52,867 bases of DNA. Source: Craspedostauros australis. Its lineage: Eukaryota. Made by a program: the position numbers and the translations under genes. Positions 23,801 to 35,399 of this stretch are shown here, piece after piece. The notes beneath the pieces were generated by a model. It did no database searches. It was not told the DNA's origin and saw only the letters and a list, made by a program, of their open reading frames with translations. The stretch lies in assembly GCA_030167865.1 (NCBI GenBank), contig JALAGF010005450.1:1-52867 (forward strand), in the 5' to 3' direction. The number at the start of each line of letters is the position of its first letter. Within the stretch, counting starts at the first letter, position 1.

Positions 23801-24655
23801 CGATTCACCAAGATCATGGTGGAAGATGGCGAGATTCCAATCAACATCGAGACTCCCAACACCTTCCTGAGCGCATGGGGCTTCGGTAACAGCCTCAACA
23901 CACACAGCCAGCGCGGATCGTTCGCATTGTCGAACCTCGAGGGCGGATCCGTCAGCAACATCGAGACCAGGGAGAAGGATCTGTGGAAGCTCCACGGATG
24001 GTTCGCTGGCATTGCATGGGGTGTCCTTTGCCCACTGGCCATCGGTGCCAGCATGCTTCGCCGTTTCATTCCAGGCCAGGGTGTTTGGTTCAACATCCAC
24101 CGCACGCTGAACATGCTCGTCGTCATCTTCACCATCATCGCCTTTAGCATCGCCGTGGCTGCCATCAACAAGGAGACACCCAGCGGATTCGACGCAAACC
24201 ACTTCAACTCCGACCCCAACCCACACAGACTCGTCGGCCTGGTCGTCTTCATCGTCGCCGTGGCGCAAGCCATCAACGGCATCCTGCGACCACACCCACC
24301 TGCCCAGCCAGACAGCTCCAATGCTGCCGGCCAGGACAACAACGAAATGGACACCGAGGAACAGCCATCCGGAAAGTCGGGCAACGACGACTACAAGATG
24401 GAGAACGGCGTCCTCGTGGAACAACAAGCCGAGGAGAAATCAGGAGCGCGCTTTGGATGGGAGATCGGACACCGATTCCTCGGAGTAGCATGCTTGGCCA
24501 TGGCGTGGTATCAGATCGACGCCGGTATCTCGATTTACAACGACCTCTTCAGCGAAGAGAACGATCTCCATGCCATCTTCTGGGGCGTCGTCGGAGGCCT
24601 CACTGGCGTCGTTGTCATTGGTTTCATCGCCGCCAAGTCGTTGCCAGACAACTAG
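20877..24655 (+). CDS. DM13-DM13-DOMON-(Skeletor-like)-DOMON-cytochrome b561 protein; 3 exons, ~1132 aa
   Basis: Exons 20877-21974, 22152-22403 and 22607-24655; both introns are GTAAGT...CAG, phase 0 and in frame. Signal peptide; two DM13 (H..AG.V, YDG.GP..FFW, LSVWC...NANFG); DOMON (YMGFGISG, WMIGADAVVA, VVWAIG..H); Skeletor-like block (WGIAWYLN..IP...RRGKTYTF, YHPLYITDS, TPDKLYYHCVTH); second DOMON (WVGFAVS, MVGSESIIG, H); b561 with four His (LHG, IHR, PHR, GHR). Confidence 0.9.
20946..21739 (+). repeat. Internal tandem duplication of the DM13-coding unit (~417 bp x2)
   Basis: Copies start at 20946 and 21363 (RVLLG); 56 bp identical at 21207-21262 and 21621-21676. Confidence 0.92.
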
Positions 24656-27600
24656 AAGCTTCGCACACACTTCACATCCGAAGAGAGTGACCCGAAGAGA
24701 ACGGCACCAACATTGTCATTGCCTGCAGCCCTGCCAACGACGATGCCACAGAGGAAGAGAACAACAGCGGCATCCTCATAACATACCATAACGTACCATA
24801 GCGTATCATACATATTCAACCCACAAGCACGAACACAAACCCAGGTCTTCATACTCGACATGTCTGTGTGTGAGAGTGTCATTGCATGAAAGGAATGCCA
24901 TGGGAAAGGTCCTGCGAATGATGATTGCGACACAGCAAGGGAAATCACGGCTTGTAGAGCATGCCAGTCAACGAATCCTGTGCACGCCCCATTGCAAACT
25001 ACAAGCAACGCGAACTTCGTCGGCCAACGAGTTCACCACGTTGGACGCCAGAATCTCGTTGTGGAATTTCCTTCGACCCTGTGATCCTGGTTGTTCCATC
25101 ATTTGTCACATTGTCACAATGTCACATACGTGCGAGTACTCAAAGGCACGATGCATAGAATGCGTATAGTGTGAGACTTGCGCGGTGCGAAACTGCTCAT
25201 GCCATGGTTTCTCTGACTGTGTCTGATGTGGCTACTGGGACAGGTCGATGCGGTATCATGTGCCTGCTTTGGGAACATAGGTACCAGGCTGGTTTCGACG
25301 AGGACCGAAGATATCCAGAAACGCTAGATGACTCGTATGACTCAACCGGTTTCATCCAAACGTGGTTTGATTGATAGTCGTGAAAGTAAACTTAGAATAC
25401 GAAAGGTAATAGACCCTAAATAAGTCACGAATTGAGTGTTCGACAAGACGGACCAAACTGGACCAACGTCAGCCGTGGAACATCCGCTTCTTTGGGAGTT
25501 CGCGAACTTTGCGAGGATACCTCGCGCTGATAGCCAATCACATCGTCCAAGGACGAGTCGGTGACGTCGATTTCATTGAGCGATTGGATGAATTCGCACG
25601 TCTCACGTCATGCGTTGACAACGTCCACGTCACGCTCACCTCGCGTCAACCAACCGCAACGTACGCACACACAAACGGCCGTCCTCGTACGCGCATGGGA
25701 CAAAGTGCGAGGAATGGATGTGTGCGCAGTTTCCGTGTTGATTTCCGCACATCAGATGCGGTATGGGTGGTTTCCGCGTTTTCCATTGTGTGTTTCTCGT
25801 TCGACTGTGGTTGGTTGCGTGAAGAACAATGTGGAGTAACACGCAAAAGAGTTCAGGAGACAGAGACGGAGACACAGACTTCGATCAAAGGACACAAAAC
25901 AGGAGACGCCTCCAAGCAACAGCCGCAGCCGCAGCAGGGAACGACAACGTTGACTGCAGCCGCAAAAGCAACGACAACAGCGATGGAGAGGAGCCGCGAT
26001 TGTCACAGGAGAACGGAGTAATTCTCACACAGAGGGTGCTGTGAAGCAACAAGAGGCGCGGAGGAACGGCATCTCTGAAGTTGCTCCGTTCCATCTCATC
26101 AGCTCCGACAGCATCCTCTTCGCTTCATCTCTGCCTGTGCATTTGTATAAGTCCGCAGCCACGGAGGATCTTCGGAGATTAATCGATTGGAGCACAATTC
26201 CAGGCGAGACAGAAGGAGACGAAAGAAATCGAACAAGGCAGCAGGCAGATGGAAACAACGGCCTCAGTTGCGCACACTTTCGCCCGAACGCCTCCTATCA
26301 TCAAAGCAATGATTCCACTTCAATGTGACCAGCATTGAGATGGGGCCACCAACACCGAACATGGCGCGCGATGCGATGAACCCGACAATGGAGGCGATGA
26401 GATTTGTTGCTTCATAAGATCGAAGCGTTGCAGCGAACTGACGACGACGCTGGGATCAAAGCTCGCGATGGTGGCGCAACTGCACCCATCCGCCAACAAA
26501 AACGAAGGCCCAGTACATTTTACTCCACCAACAGTGATAGCGTTTGACATTCCAAACGCCACGGTAAGTGGGACAAACGCCTCGATCTTGCCTCGTCGCC
26601 GCACGCGTAATTTTATCTGACATCCAATGACACACTTCCAACACAGCAATCCACTCACCCAACAACCATCACTCACGATTTGCATCCCAACTCCTCGTCT
26701 CAACTCTTCCATCGTTGATGCAATGTGTTACATCCAACAGGTCACAGCATCCACAATGCAAACAATCAACGCTGTTCAACAGAACTTGCAACAGCAAGAA
26801 CAACAGCAACAACAACAACAACAACAACAACGTAGCTGAATCCTCAGCGATAGCAGACAGACATGTTTGTACCAAGGGACAAGCAACAACAGGAACGGCA
26901 GTCCTTGAATGACCGCAATTCCGAAAGCAAAAAAGCCAACATGCAAAGCAATAATCCGCAACCAAACACACAAACACACACAGACACGAACATAACTACT
27001 TCCTCTACAGTCTTCTGCACACAGGCAGCGATATGGTGCGCTACACCTTTTGGATTCAACCAGCCGATCTTCGGCGTCCCAAGACGCGATCTCGACGCAA
27101 ACGATAAGATCCGACATGGGACTGAATGCCAATCAACAACATCCTCTCTTACTTTTTACGAAACCAAATACCAATACCAAACGCACACCACGGCGCAAAA
27201 CGTCGTCGGCTGAAATTCGGTATCACCCCGCAGCAAACGTTCCTCCTGCCGAACGCAATTGCTGCACTGGGGTCCACATCACACGTCGTTGTTTATCTGT
27301 CATTGCGGGATGCCAAAGACGTCACAACGCCTGCGCAATCCGCGCCGACATATGAACAATGGCCATGCTACTATTATACAATGGTTGATGTAGTATCAGC
27401 GCAAAGCAAAGCGATGTTCTGCAACACCACAACACAACCACGTGACGAATCACTCACACCACCAAAACAACAACATGGTTGGCTAACCATGAAGTATTAC
27501 ATGATATGGTAGAAGACAACAACCACTAATCAACGTTAATCATAGACACCAAAATAGAATACTCCACGATATTAGTACTCTGCTCTGTTCTACTCGAGTG

Positions 27601-28007
27601 AATACTCCCGCAATGCCGTTCTACAATCACCGTCTCGCTATTGTACTGATCATGGTTGCTCTGTCATACACAGACATGCGGACGCCTAATATACTCGCTC
27701 GTCCACTCGCACGTACTCTCTCTAGAGAGAGAGTGGCGTACGGGCAGCGATGGAGGCGACGGAACTCGATGCAACACCGAAGCCAAAGGTACGTGAGAAG
27801 GCAAGATGGGAATCCACCAATTCTCTCCGCTCGCACCCAAATCTTCGCTCCCTCGTTGAGTTCGTTGTTGCATACTTGCTCCTTGAACTCTGCCAACACG
27901 ACTACTCCACTCCTACTCGTATCGAGAAATAGTATCTGAGAAGAGGAGATTAGTCCAGAGCATGGTGCACTATTGCAAACCTTATTCCACTCTCTCAAGA
28001 ACTCTCT

Positions 28008-30773
28008 CTAGAACTCTTGCTTTACCGAGAATTCCACCTCCGTTCTCAAACCTGATTGCTGGAATCCGTACACGAAAATGTAGATGTCTTCGGATATGTC
28101 GGCCGGGAAATTACATCCGCCAATGCAGTTCGCGTTGACGCATTGCAGCTGATTGCAGGACAAACTATCAGGGGTTGGCATGTCCTGCAAGATGGCGAGT
28201 TGCGTCATGGCCGCGTCGGGGCCGCCTTCAGGTTCGACACGCAAGACGTCGAGCCGCAGAGATCCGATTTTCCCGCTTGCCCTGTACCACAATCCGATGG
28301 GTGTCCCAAATCCCTTCTCGACGATGCACTCCTTCGGCACCTGAAAGTCCTGCGTGGCCCCCTCCAATATCACAGGTATGGGCGGCGCGTCCACGCCATC
28401 GTCGATAGGCATGCCATCGATTGCTTCAGGGATGCTATCGCTGATGTCAATGGCGTTGGTGCAAAAGTCGCCCTCCGGTGTTCTTTCGTCATCTCCGGCA
28501 CTTCGCGAAAGCGTCAGCTCGAACTCCCCTTGATCAGTCAGGCCATGGACCAGGATGTAGTACGTCTTCGCCCTTTCGGCTATCCACCTAACGGCGCCTT
28601 CGCTTGGTGATCCAAAGCAAGTGTCTTCGCCACCTGCCACGCAGACGAACGTCGCATCGCCGCTTCCCAAGGAGCCGCCAACTACCTCCAGAACAGTAAT
28701 CTGGGCGATCAGACCTCCATCCATGCAGCTTCTGGCAACGTGCTCGGTACCATTTCCAACCACGCTGTACCAGACACCCGGCGTCTGCGGCAGTGATGCT
28801 GTGCCGCATGCTGGCACGGTGCCATCGTCAATCGGCACTCCGCGATGATTGGCTCCCAACAAGGGGCGGCCGCTCTGTGGCACCAGGATTGCACCGTACG
28901 CGAATTCGGGCGTGCTGGCATCGCGGAGGGTGAGGTTGAACGTCATCGCATCGATCCATTGCACAGTGCTGCGGCGGTTGATGAATAGATAGTACATGGT
29001 GCGCCACTCGGCCAACCAAGCAACCCGGCTGAGATTGTTGCGGTAGATGGCCGTGAGCTCGCAGGTGATTGTGTCGCAGCCGAGCGGAGAGCCCGCAGCG
29101 TACACACGGACGTCGAAGTCATCTTCGACGATCGCCGTGACGGGCATGCCTTCTCCTCTGTACTGCAGCCAAATTCCGGATTTTTCGTCCTGTGTCCGAC
29201 TTGGCATTTCGCAGTGAGCGTGCAGCGACAGGATCTCAGCCTCCGCATACTCGGCCTTCGTGATCGCCTTGTTTCCAAATTCCCTTAACGGAAAAGGGGA
29301 TTGACAAAACGTGCTTGAGGAGACAGACGGAAACGCAGAAGGATACGGCGAGGGGAGCGAGGTGGGTATCGTCGGTTCTAGCAGCATCCCGGTTGGCTGA
29401 GGCGATTGCTCTGCAATATCACCACCGTTCGCGCCATCGTTGTTCGCGTCATCGTTGTTTCCACCATTGTTGTTCATACCATTGTCACCTCCATCCGACG
29501 ACGACGATAGCCCCATCGTCACAACAACGGCAATGGTGACTGCCATGGCCAGCAGAACGACAACACCCAACGAGATAAAGATGACCGTACGCCGTTTCTT
29601 CTTCTTCGCAGCTGCTGCCGCCTCTCGCTCTTGGCGCTCCGCCGCCTTGTCCCGATCATGTTTGTCGTCGTCATCGGCATTGTTGGTTCCAACCGGCTGA
29701 CGCACGACCTCGGCCCGCGTTGTGGCAAGGAGCATCCGTTGGCGCATTTCCTCCTCGATACGGAGGCGATCACGTTCGGATACGCCGTGGTCGTCTTGGA
29801 CGAGCATCGCCTCGATGTGAAACGGACGCGACGATGAGTTGCGCTGTTGAAGATTGGTTTGTTCGTCAGATTGCTGACCTTGGGATGTGACGACGGCGAC
29901 TTCTGTGCTGGATTCGTGCTGAGCCATCGACGCATCCGGGCCATCGACTCGCGTGGCGCCCGGAAAATGATGGGAGTCGTCTTGTGCCAACATGGGCCCA
30001 TTTGTGAAGAGGTTGGTCTCAGTCGTTGCCACGGAAGGTTCGTTAATACCAATGTTAACGCCGCCGGTCTCAGTGTGACCGAGGACGCCGTGATGGTGAT
30101 CGCCGTCCTTGTCGCCGCCAAGACGGGCTTTGACGGGACGTTTGCCAGCCTTGTCCTTGCGCTGTTCGCGGCCTGCCTTCAGCGATTTCCCCTGGCTGTG
30201 GCCGGAAGGATCCATCGTGTTGTTATCGGCTCCCATCTTGTCGTCACTTTCGCCATTTCTCCCCTTGGTTCTGTACCCACCCTTGCTTCTCTTCGTCTTT
30301 GGCAACGTCTCGGTGTTCCTTGGCAGTGGCGATGCAGCGCCAGCCTTTGGTGGACGCTGAACAGACACTTTGCCTGTCCTCGTCTGATGTCGTTGGGGAG
30401 ATGAAGCAGCCGCATCGATGCGTCCAAAGTTGGCCTTGGCATCTTCCATCTTCCCACGCTGACGCCTCCGCTCGTGAACGCCACCACGGCGATCCGTCGC
30501 ATGGACGAGATCCTTTGTCTCCGCAGCCCCGCTCGGCACGTCAATGACGCCGACAGCTTGGTCGTTTGCCAGCACGACGCCGTCGCGTGATGCCGCCAAC
30601 GGTCGGTGATGCCGCATTGCGTTCCGTTGCGTCTCGTCCATCGATTGGGAATGGTCGACCGGCGGTGGAGCGCTGCTAACCGACGCAGGTTGGGGTGTTG
30701 GCGACTTGCCAACCGATGCTTCATGGGAATCATCCTGGTTGGGAGTCGCATCGTGTTCATCTTCACGCGACAT
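28008..30773 (-). CDS. Type II single-pass membrane protein with disordered N-terminus and three Cys-containing ectodomain repeats (paralog of 37103-40354)
   Basis: ORF of ~921 aa from ATG 30773; KKKKRR followed by a TM helix; P/S/T linker; repeats with FC..., G[IVL]W[LY], YYILVHG, DFCTNAID, YIFVYG. Confidence 0.85.
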   Translation of the reverse strand: MSREDEHDATPNQDDSHEASVGKSPTPQPASVSSAPPPVDHSQSMDETQRNAMRHHRPLAASRDGVVLANDQAVGVIDVPSGAAETKDLVHATDRRGGVHERRRQRGKMEDAKANFGRIDAAASSPQRHQTRTGKVSVQRPPKAGAASPLPRNTETLPKTKRSKGGYRTKGRNGESDDKMGADNNTMDPSGHSQGKSLKAGREQRKDKAGKRPVKARLGGDKDGDHHHGVLGHTETGGVNIGINEPSVATTETNLFTNGPMLAQDDSHHFPGATRVDGPDASMAQHESSTEVAVVTSQGQQSDEQTNLQQRNSSSRPFHIEAMLVQDDHGVSERDRLRIEEEMRQRMLLATTRAEVVRQPVGTNNADDDDKHDRDKAAERQEREAAAAAKKKKRRTVIFISLGVVVLLAMAVTIAVVVTMGLSSSSDGGDNGMNNNGGNNDDANNDGANGGDIAEQSPQPTGMLLEPTIPTSLPSPYPSAFPSVSSSTFCQSPFPLREFGNKAITKAEYAEAEILSLHAHCEMPSRTQDEKSGIWLQYRGEGMPVTAIVEDDFDVRVYAAGSPLGCDTITCELTAIYRNNLSRVAWLAEWRTMYYLFINRRSTVQWIDAMTFNLTLRDASTPEFAYGAILVPQSGRPLLGANHRGVPIDDGTVPACGTASLPQTPGVWYSVVGNGTEHVARSCMDGGLIAQITVLEVVGGSLGSGDATFVCVAGGEDTCFGSPSEGAVRWIAERAKTYYILVHGLTDQGEFELTLSRSAGDDERTPEGDFCTNAIDISDSIPEAIDGMPIDDGVDAPPIPVILEGATQDFQVPKECIVEKGFGTPIGLWYRASGKIGSLRLDVLRVEPEGGPDAAMTQLAILQDMPTPDSLSCNQLQCVNANCIGGCNFPADISEDIYIFVYGFQQSGLRTEVEFSVKQEF

Positions 30774-31148
30774 GGTCGATCGCAATTGCGATGCCGTTGT
30801 CGTGGTGTTGTATGTTCCTGTTGCGTTGCTTCACGTTGTGCGTTGATAGATAGATAGTTAGATAGACAAATGGAGAGATGCCCCACGATGGAGCATCGCC
30901 ATTGTGGATAGTGTTCTCATACCGGTTGCCTCGCTTTTCTCCTGGATCTGTCCACAAACTGAGAGAAGTCCGGTTGCGTTGGTGGCACTTGGTGGAACGA
31001 TTCACAAACGGGCAAACAACTTGAATCAGGCCACAAGCGCAACGGGCACAATTCGAGTCGTGGATACCAATAGTATCAAATCCATCCATCGTTTCTGCCC
31101 AAGATTGCGTTCGATTCGAACAGATCACAAGAGACCGAACAGAACAAG

Positions 31149-33047
31149 ATGGAGATACTCGGAGAGTACACCCCCACAGCCGCTGAAGGCAATACTCGTG
31201 CACATCGAGCACGTGGGAGTACACTCGATCATCTCCGCACAACTCGCATCAAAGTGTGGAATCCCACCTTCGCGACTCCACTCCACTTCATTGCAAGCCC
31301 AAGTCTCCATCGCCATGTCCGAGCTACCACCGCTGTTGCCCACAAACGAACCGCCAGACAGGATGCTATCAAACATCGAAGCGACGGCGACGTCAGCAGA
31401 ATCAGCACCGCCACCAGTAGAGCCATGGTTTCAAAAGTCAGCAACCAAAACGATCGAATCTCACGCCACAAGAACGAAGGCAAATTCGCGATGTTGATCT
31501 GCCTTGTCCTTCTCATCGCGATCGCATTCGACAAATCTGACCCTGCCGTCGACCTCGATCCATCCATAGCTGTACGCAACCATCGTGATGCCGTGAAGGC
31601 GCTGAAGAAGCCATGTCAGATGGAGAATGCTGTTCTCTGCAATATCTGTACTGCGAGCGTCACGAGCCCTTGTCGGGGGTTGTATAGCTCGATGCTGCGA
31701 GCGTTGCTGCACGATCGTTTCCTGCCTGCCAGCCATTTTGGTCATGGCGGTGAATGGGATAATCGAGCAGAGGACGAATGTTTCTTCGAGAACTCGCTTG
31801 ATGGGTTCAAGGAAGTCGCCAAACGCGTCGTCTTACCGTCTGACAAACCAGAGGAAAGCAGGGACGTGTACGCCTTTGTGGAGTTCGTGCTGCAACTGTA
31901 CTACAGCATGTACTTGGATGTGCTCGAAGGAAAACGAGCTTTCAAAGGTAGTTCGTTTCATGAACAGCCGAAGGATGAACAACTCGAAACAATCAAGACG
32001 ATGACGGCAATATTCGTGTCTGATGTCAGGTTCGCCCTACTTGAAGGATCGTTTTGTTACCTAGATGATGAAGGCACGCATGAAGCATGCGTATGGCTGA
32101 CGAAGGGTCGACAGCACAAGATAAACGCGAGCGATCTCAATGATGCTCTCGCCATGGCCATTGCAAAATTGAAGATTGACGATGCCAAATTCATCGACCT
32201 TGTGACTTCAGCGACTCGCCATCTGGATATTGTATCGTTTGGGACGAAACCTAGTACGCTTAGTCGTGGCAAACTCGCTTCCGATTTCCAGGCAGCCTGC
32301 AACGCAAACAATGGCGATGGCATCGAGGTGGCAATAGGTGGAACTGTGCAGAGCGACCTGTCCAATCAGTTCGCCTCAGAGAACTTCCACTGTTTGACAA
32401 CGAATAACAACCGTCGGCGCTTGCTTACCCGCTCGTGCAAGGAGAAGATCTCGAGCATGCCATTCAGCCCGGGCATACCGTACGACGATGGTGAGCTGGT
32501 GGCGCATGATGTCATCACTGTAATGACGATGGTCTACATCTTCATCACCATCTTGAGTCTCATCCTGACGGACTGTCATCGTCGTCAAAGTCCACAGGTG
32601 GTCAAACGAGCACAGAGATTCAAGCTCATGGAGCTGAAGGACCCTGTCCTCAATCATCGTCCGAAAACGAAAGCGATGAAACTTGCTCAAAAGGAAGGCA
32701 TCACCGATCCGCAACGGTTGGAGGAACGGCAGGGTGAAATGCTTGAACAGTGGAAGTTGAACTTCGAGAACACGGACATCAAATCCTCCGCCCACCGGCG
32801 ATTCCTTTCATTCCTCAAGCAGTATCGTCGCTTCTCCGTCGGTTGGGCTGCGTTCGCTATCATTGTTGCCGTCGTCTTCTGCTTTGGGTGTCGATGGATG
32901 ACCACGAAGGATGCGATGATATTTGGGCTGGTGGGCCCAGCAACTTTGAGCATCACGTACCTGGTCCCTGCATGGAACGACCTTGACAAGGCGGAAAGGG
33001 CCAGTCAGCAGACAGCAGGGATGATGGAGCCGCTGTTGGGACAATAG
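31149..33047 (+). CDS. Hypothetical multipass membrane protein (start uncertain)
   Basis: 632-codon ORF with four hydrophobic segments (MLICLVLLIAIAF; VITVMTMVYIFITILSLIL; FSVGWAAFAIIVAVVFCF; MIFGLVGPATLSITYLV) and a Cys cluster after the first. No family recognised. Confidence 0.7.
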   Translation: MEILGEYTPTAAEGNTRAHRARGSTLDHLRTTRIKVWNPTFATPLHFIASPSLHRHVRATTAVAHKRTARQDAIKHRSDGDVSRISTATSRAMVSKVSNQNDRISRHKNEGKFAMLICLVLLIAIAFDKSDPAVDLDPSIAVRNHRDAVKALKKPCQMENAVLCNICTASVTSPCRGLYSSMLRALLHDRFLPASHFGHGGEWDNRAEDECFFENSLDGFKEVAKRVVLPSDKPEESRDVYAFVEFVLQLYYSMYLDVLEGKRAFKGSSFHEQPKDEQLETIKTMTAIFVSDVRFALLEGSFCYLDDEGTHEACVWLTKGRQHKINASDLNDALAMAIAKLKIDDAKFIDLVTSATRHLDIVSFGTKPSTLSRGKLASDFQAACNANNGDGIEVAIGGTVQSDLSNQFASENFHCLTTNNNRRRLLTRSCKEKISSMPFSPGIPYDDGELVAHDVITVMTMVYIFITILSLILTDCHRRQSPQVVKRAQRFKLMELKDPVLNHRPKTKAMKLAQKEGITDPQRLEERQGEMLEQWKLNFENTDIKSSAHRRFLSFLKQYRRFSVGWAAFAIIVAVVFCFGCRWMTTKDAMIFGLVGPATLSITYLVPAWNDLDKAERASQQTAGMMEPLLGQ

Positions 33048-33692
33048 AGGCAAGCGATTGGCGATATGCTTTGCTTGGTCTAGCTGTCGCCAACACTCGA
33101 ACGAGTGCGTACGCCGAATGCCAATCGATTGCAGAGCAGAGCGGATTACTTTACTTCAGCGAGCAGCAACATTCCGGATACTCGAAGCCTCATTGATGTG
33201 CACATCACTGTCTCGGCGCTCTCTGGAGACTTACCCTCATCCCTGGAGAGTATGTACGACGGTGATCGTGTGTCTCGGCTAATGGGTCTGCGGGAAACAC
33301 GCATTCCCCACACTTTACAATACGGTGTTCCTCCGCATTGCAGTTTTGGTTCCTTCTGTCTCCCAAGAAGGGTCGATTCGCTCGCACATCGGCAAGCGGA
33401 GAATGTGTCCCTTGGTTCGTCTCTGCATGGATGTTGGAGACACTGTAGTTGTGCATCGTTGATACCGTGTACGGTACCGCAAGGACTTGAAGGCCTGAAT
33501 GTTTGTGTAATATGACTATGAATCTATGTGTACAGTGATAGTATATGTCGTATTGTATTGCCTGGCATTGCATTGTGAGGTATGGTATCATGCCATGGAG
33601 TCCTCGCAATGTATAGTCGTCTATTCTAATGCGCATGCTCGCATGCATGCTGCTGCTGCCGCTCTAGCCGTCGCTGCCGGATATCTCACTGA

Positions 33693-34739
33693 TCATGCAG
33701 CAGCGGCTGCGATCATGAAGTGGGAGATATCGCGGCTCAAGATGATATTGAGCAGGGCGGTCTTCATCCACGCGGGTTGCAAGGCGTGAGTTGTGGTCGT
33801 GCTGATGTCGTCGTTGGTGCCATTCCGGTTGTCCTCGCAATGCTCAATCGCCGATGCGCTCGTTTGGACAGGCGTTGATGCCGTGTGCCGCTGGCTGCCG
33901 GAGAGCAACGATCTCAGTTCCGCGAAGCGCTGGGATCCGTTCAGGATGTCGTGCCGTGCCAGATTCAGGACTGCGAGGTTGTTAGTTGCCACGATCTGCA
34001 TGTTCCGGACGAGGGGGTTGCTTGCGCTGTGGCCGTGGATGGACCGCAGGCACTTCAGGGCGTTCCTGTACATGCAAACGGCCTGCTTGCCGTACTGATC
34101 TCTCTTGGCCGATGGGAGGCCTCTCCAGCTGTACAGCCGATGGCACAGGATGCCAACGTTGATCATGACGGCCGAGCTGGTGACGAGGATGAGCTGCTTC
34201 CGTGCGATGTCCCTGTTGCCTTCTGGCAGCTTCGAGATGGTCGATTGGAGGTCGTGCGAAGTGAAGACGATAGCGCAGTCGATGCAGGAGAAGACCTTGG
34301 CATTCTGCAGGTCCATCTTGCGCCGTTCTGGTGTTCGAGGAGAAGCCCCAGCAGCTCTTTGCTTGGACTCGTGGCTCTCCTTCGTGTGTTGTTGCTGCCG
34401 TTGTTGGCCTTGCTGGGTTGCTCCTGCTGCTGCTTCTTGTGTTGAATGCGTCTCAACGAAAGAGAGAGGGAAGTTGTTCACTACCGGTTCTCCACCGTCG
34501 GCAAAGTCGGGAGTCGAGTGATGCTGTTCGAGAAGTGGCTTGAGGACCTGGATGCATCTGCGGAAGAGGTGGACGGCGGGGGTGCGCGTCTGATGCAGTG
34601 CGCCTCGGGAGTGTCGTCCCATGGATTTGCTGGCTTGGGCTGGTTGCCTCGCGACAGCACCCGTCGATACCATGTCCATCATCAGGTCCACGCCCTTGTT
34701 GTTGAGCTGCGCGGCCATCGAAAGCTGGGAGGAGTTCAT
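33693..34739 (-). CDS. Hypothetical helical/TPR-like protein of a type common in diatoms
   Basis: 348-aa ORF with LNNKGV, SAVMINVGILCH, A..MY..AL and TNNLA helical motifs and a C-terminal AAAAA. Confidence 0.7.
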   Translation of the reverse strand: MNSSQLSMAAQLNNKGVDLMMDMVSTGAVARQPAQASKSMGRHSRGALHQTRTPAVHLFRRCIQVLKPLLEQHHSTPDFADGGEPVVNNFPLSFVETHSTQEAAAGATQQGQQRQQQHTKESHESKQRAAGASPRTPERRKMDLQNAKVFSCIDCAIVFTSHDLQSTISKLPEGNRDIARKQLILVTSSAVMINVGILCHRLYSWRGLPSAKRDQYGKQAVCMYRNALKCLRSIHGHSASNPLVRNMQIVATNNLAVLNLARHDILNGSQRFAELRSLLSGSQRHTASTPVQTSASAIEHCEDNRNGTNDDISTTTTHALQPAWMKTALLNIILSRDISHFMIAAAAA

Positions 34740-35399
34740 GATGCTTCTATTCTATGTGTATGGTATGGTACGTGTGTCTGATGTATTGTAATGCTGTGTT
34801 GATGTTGCTGTGCGATTTGATTTATGAGAATGTGATGTGTTATGATGTGTTATGTTGTGTTATGATGCGCTGAGGTCTGATGAGAGTGGTAATGGTGTCT
34901 TGGGGAGACGCCACGACGTGCGATGGCTGGAAAGTCTTGTGAAGTTGCTTGCTTTGGCAGACTTCATGTGATTGTGTGGGATCAGACCAGTCGCTGGCTG
35001 GGATGGAATGCGGCCGCTGTGCTTGGCTTGTGTTGGTCTTGGCAAGAGAGGACCAGGGAGGTGACAAGAAGACGCACAACATCACCATCGCCACTTCGCC
35101 TGGCGGCGCCTTCGCAACTCCCAGCCCTTCTGTGGGCTGAACGCGACTGGGAACAGCCAGAATTTCCAACTGTTTCGGTTGAGAATCGGCATTGTCATCT
35201 GAAAGCAGAACATGTACGGAACAGTACCTCATTGATGATTGTTGAGGTTCCAGATGCTCACCCATTGACTGGCTTCAATGGGTTTGTTTGGAGGGCATCA
35301 AACGCATTGCATGTCGGAGGAGCCTTTTCGCACCATAGCACATCGGAGGCTGTTCTTGTTGAATCACGGGGCACTGGTTGTGGGAGAGAATGATAGAAG

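Noticed and set aside
32412..32426. RRRLL as a diatom RxL propeptide cleavage site
   Set aside because: The motif is too short to support alone and the topology is unknown.
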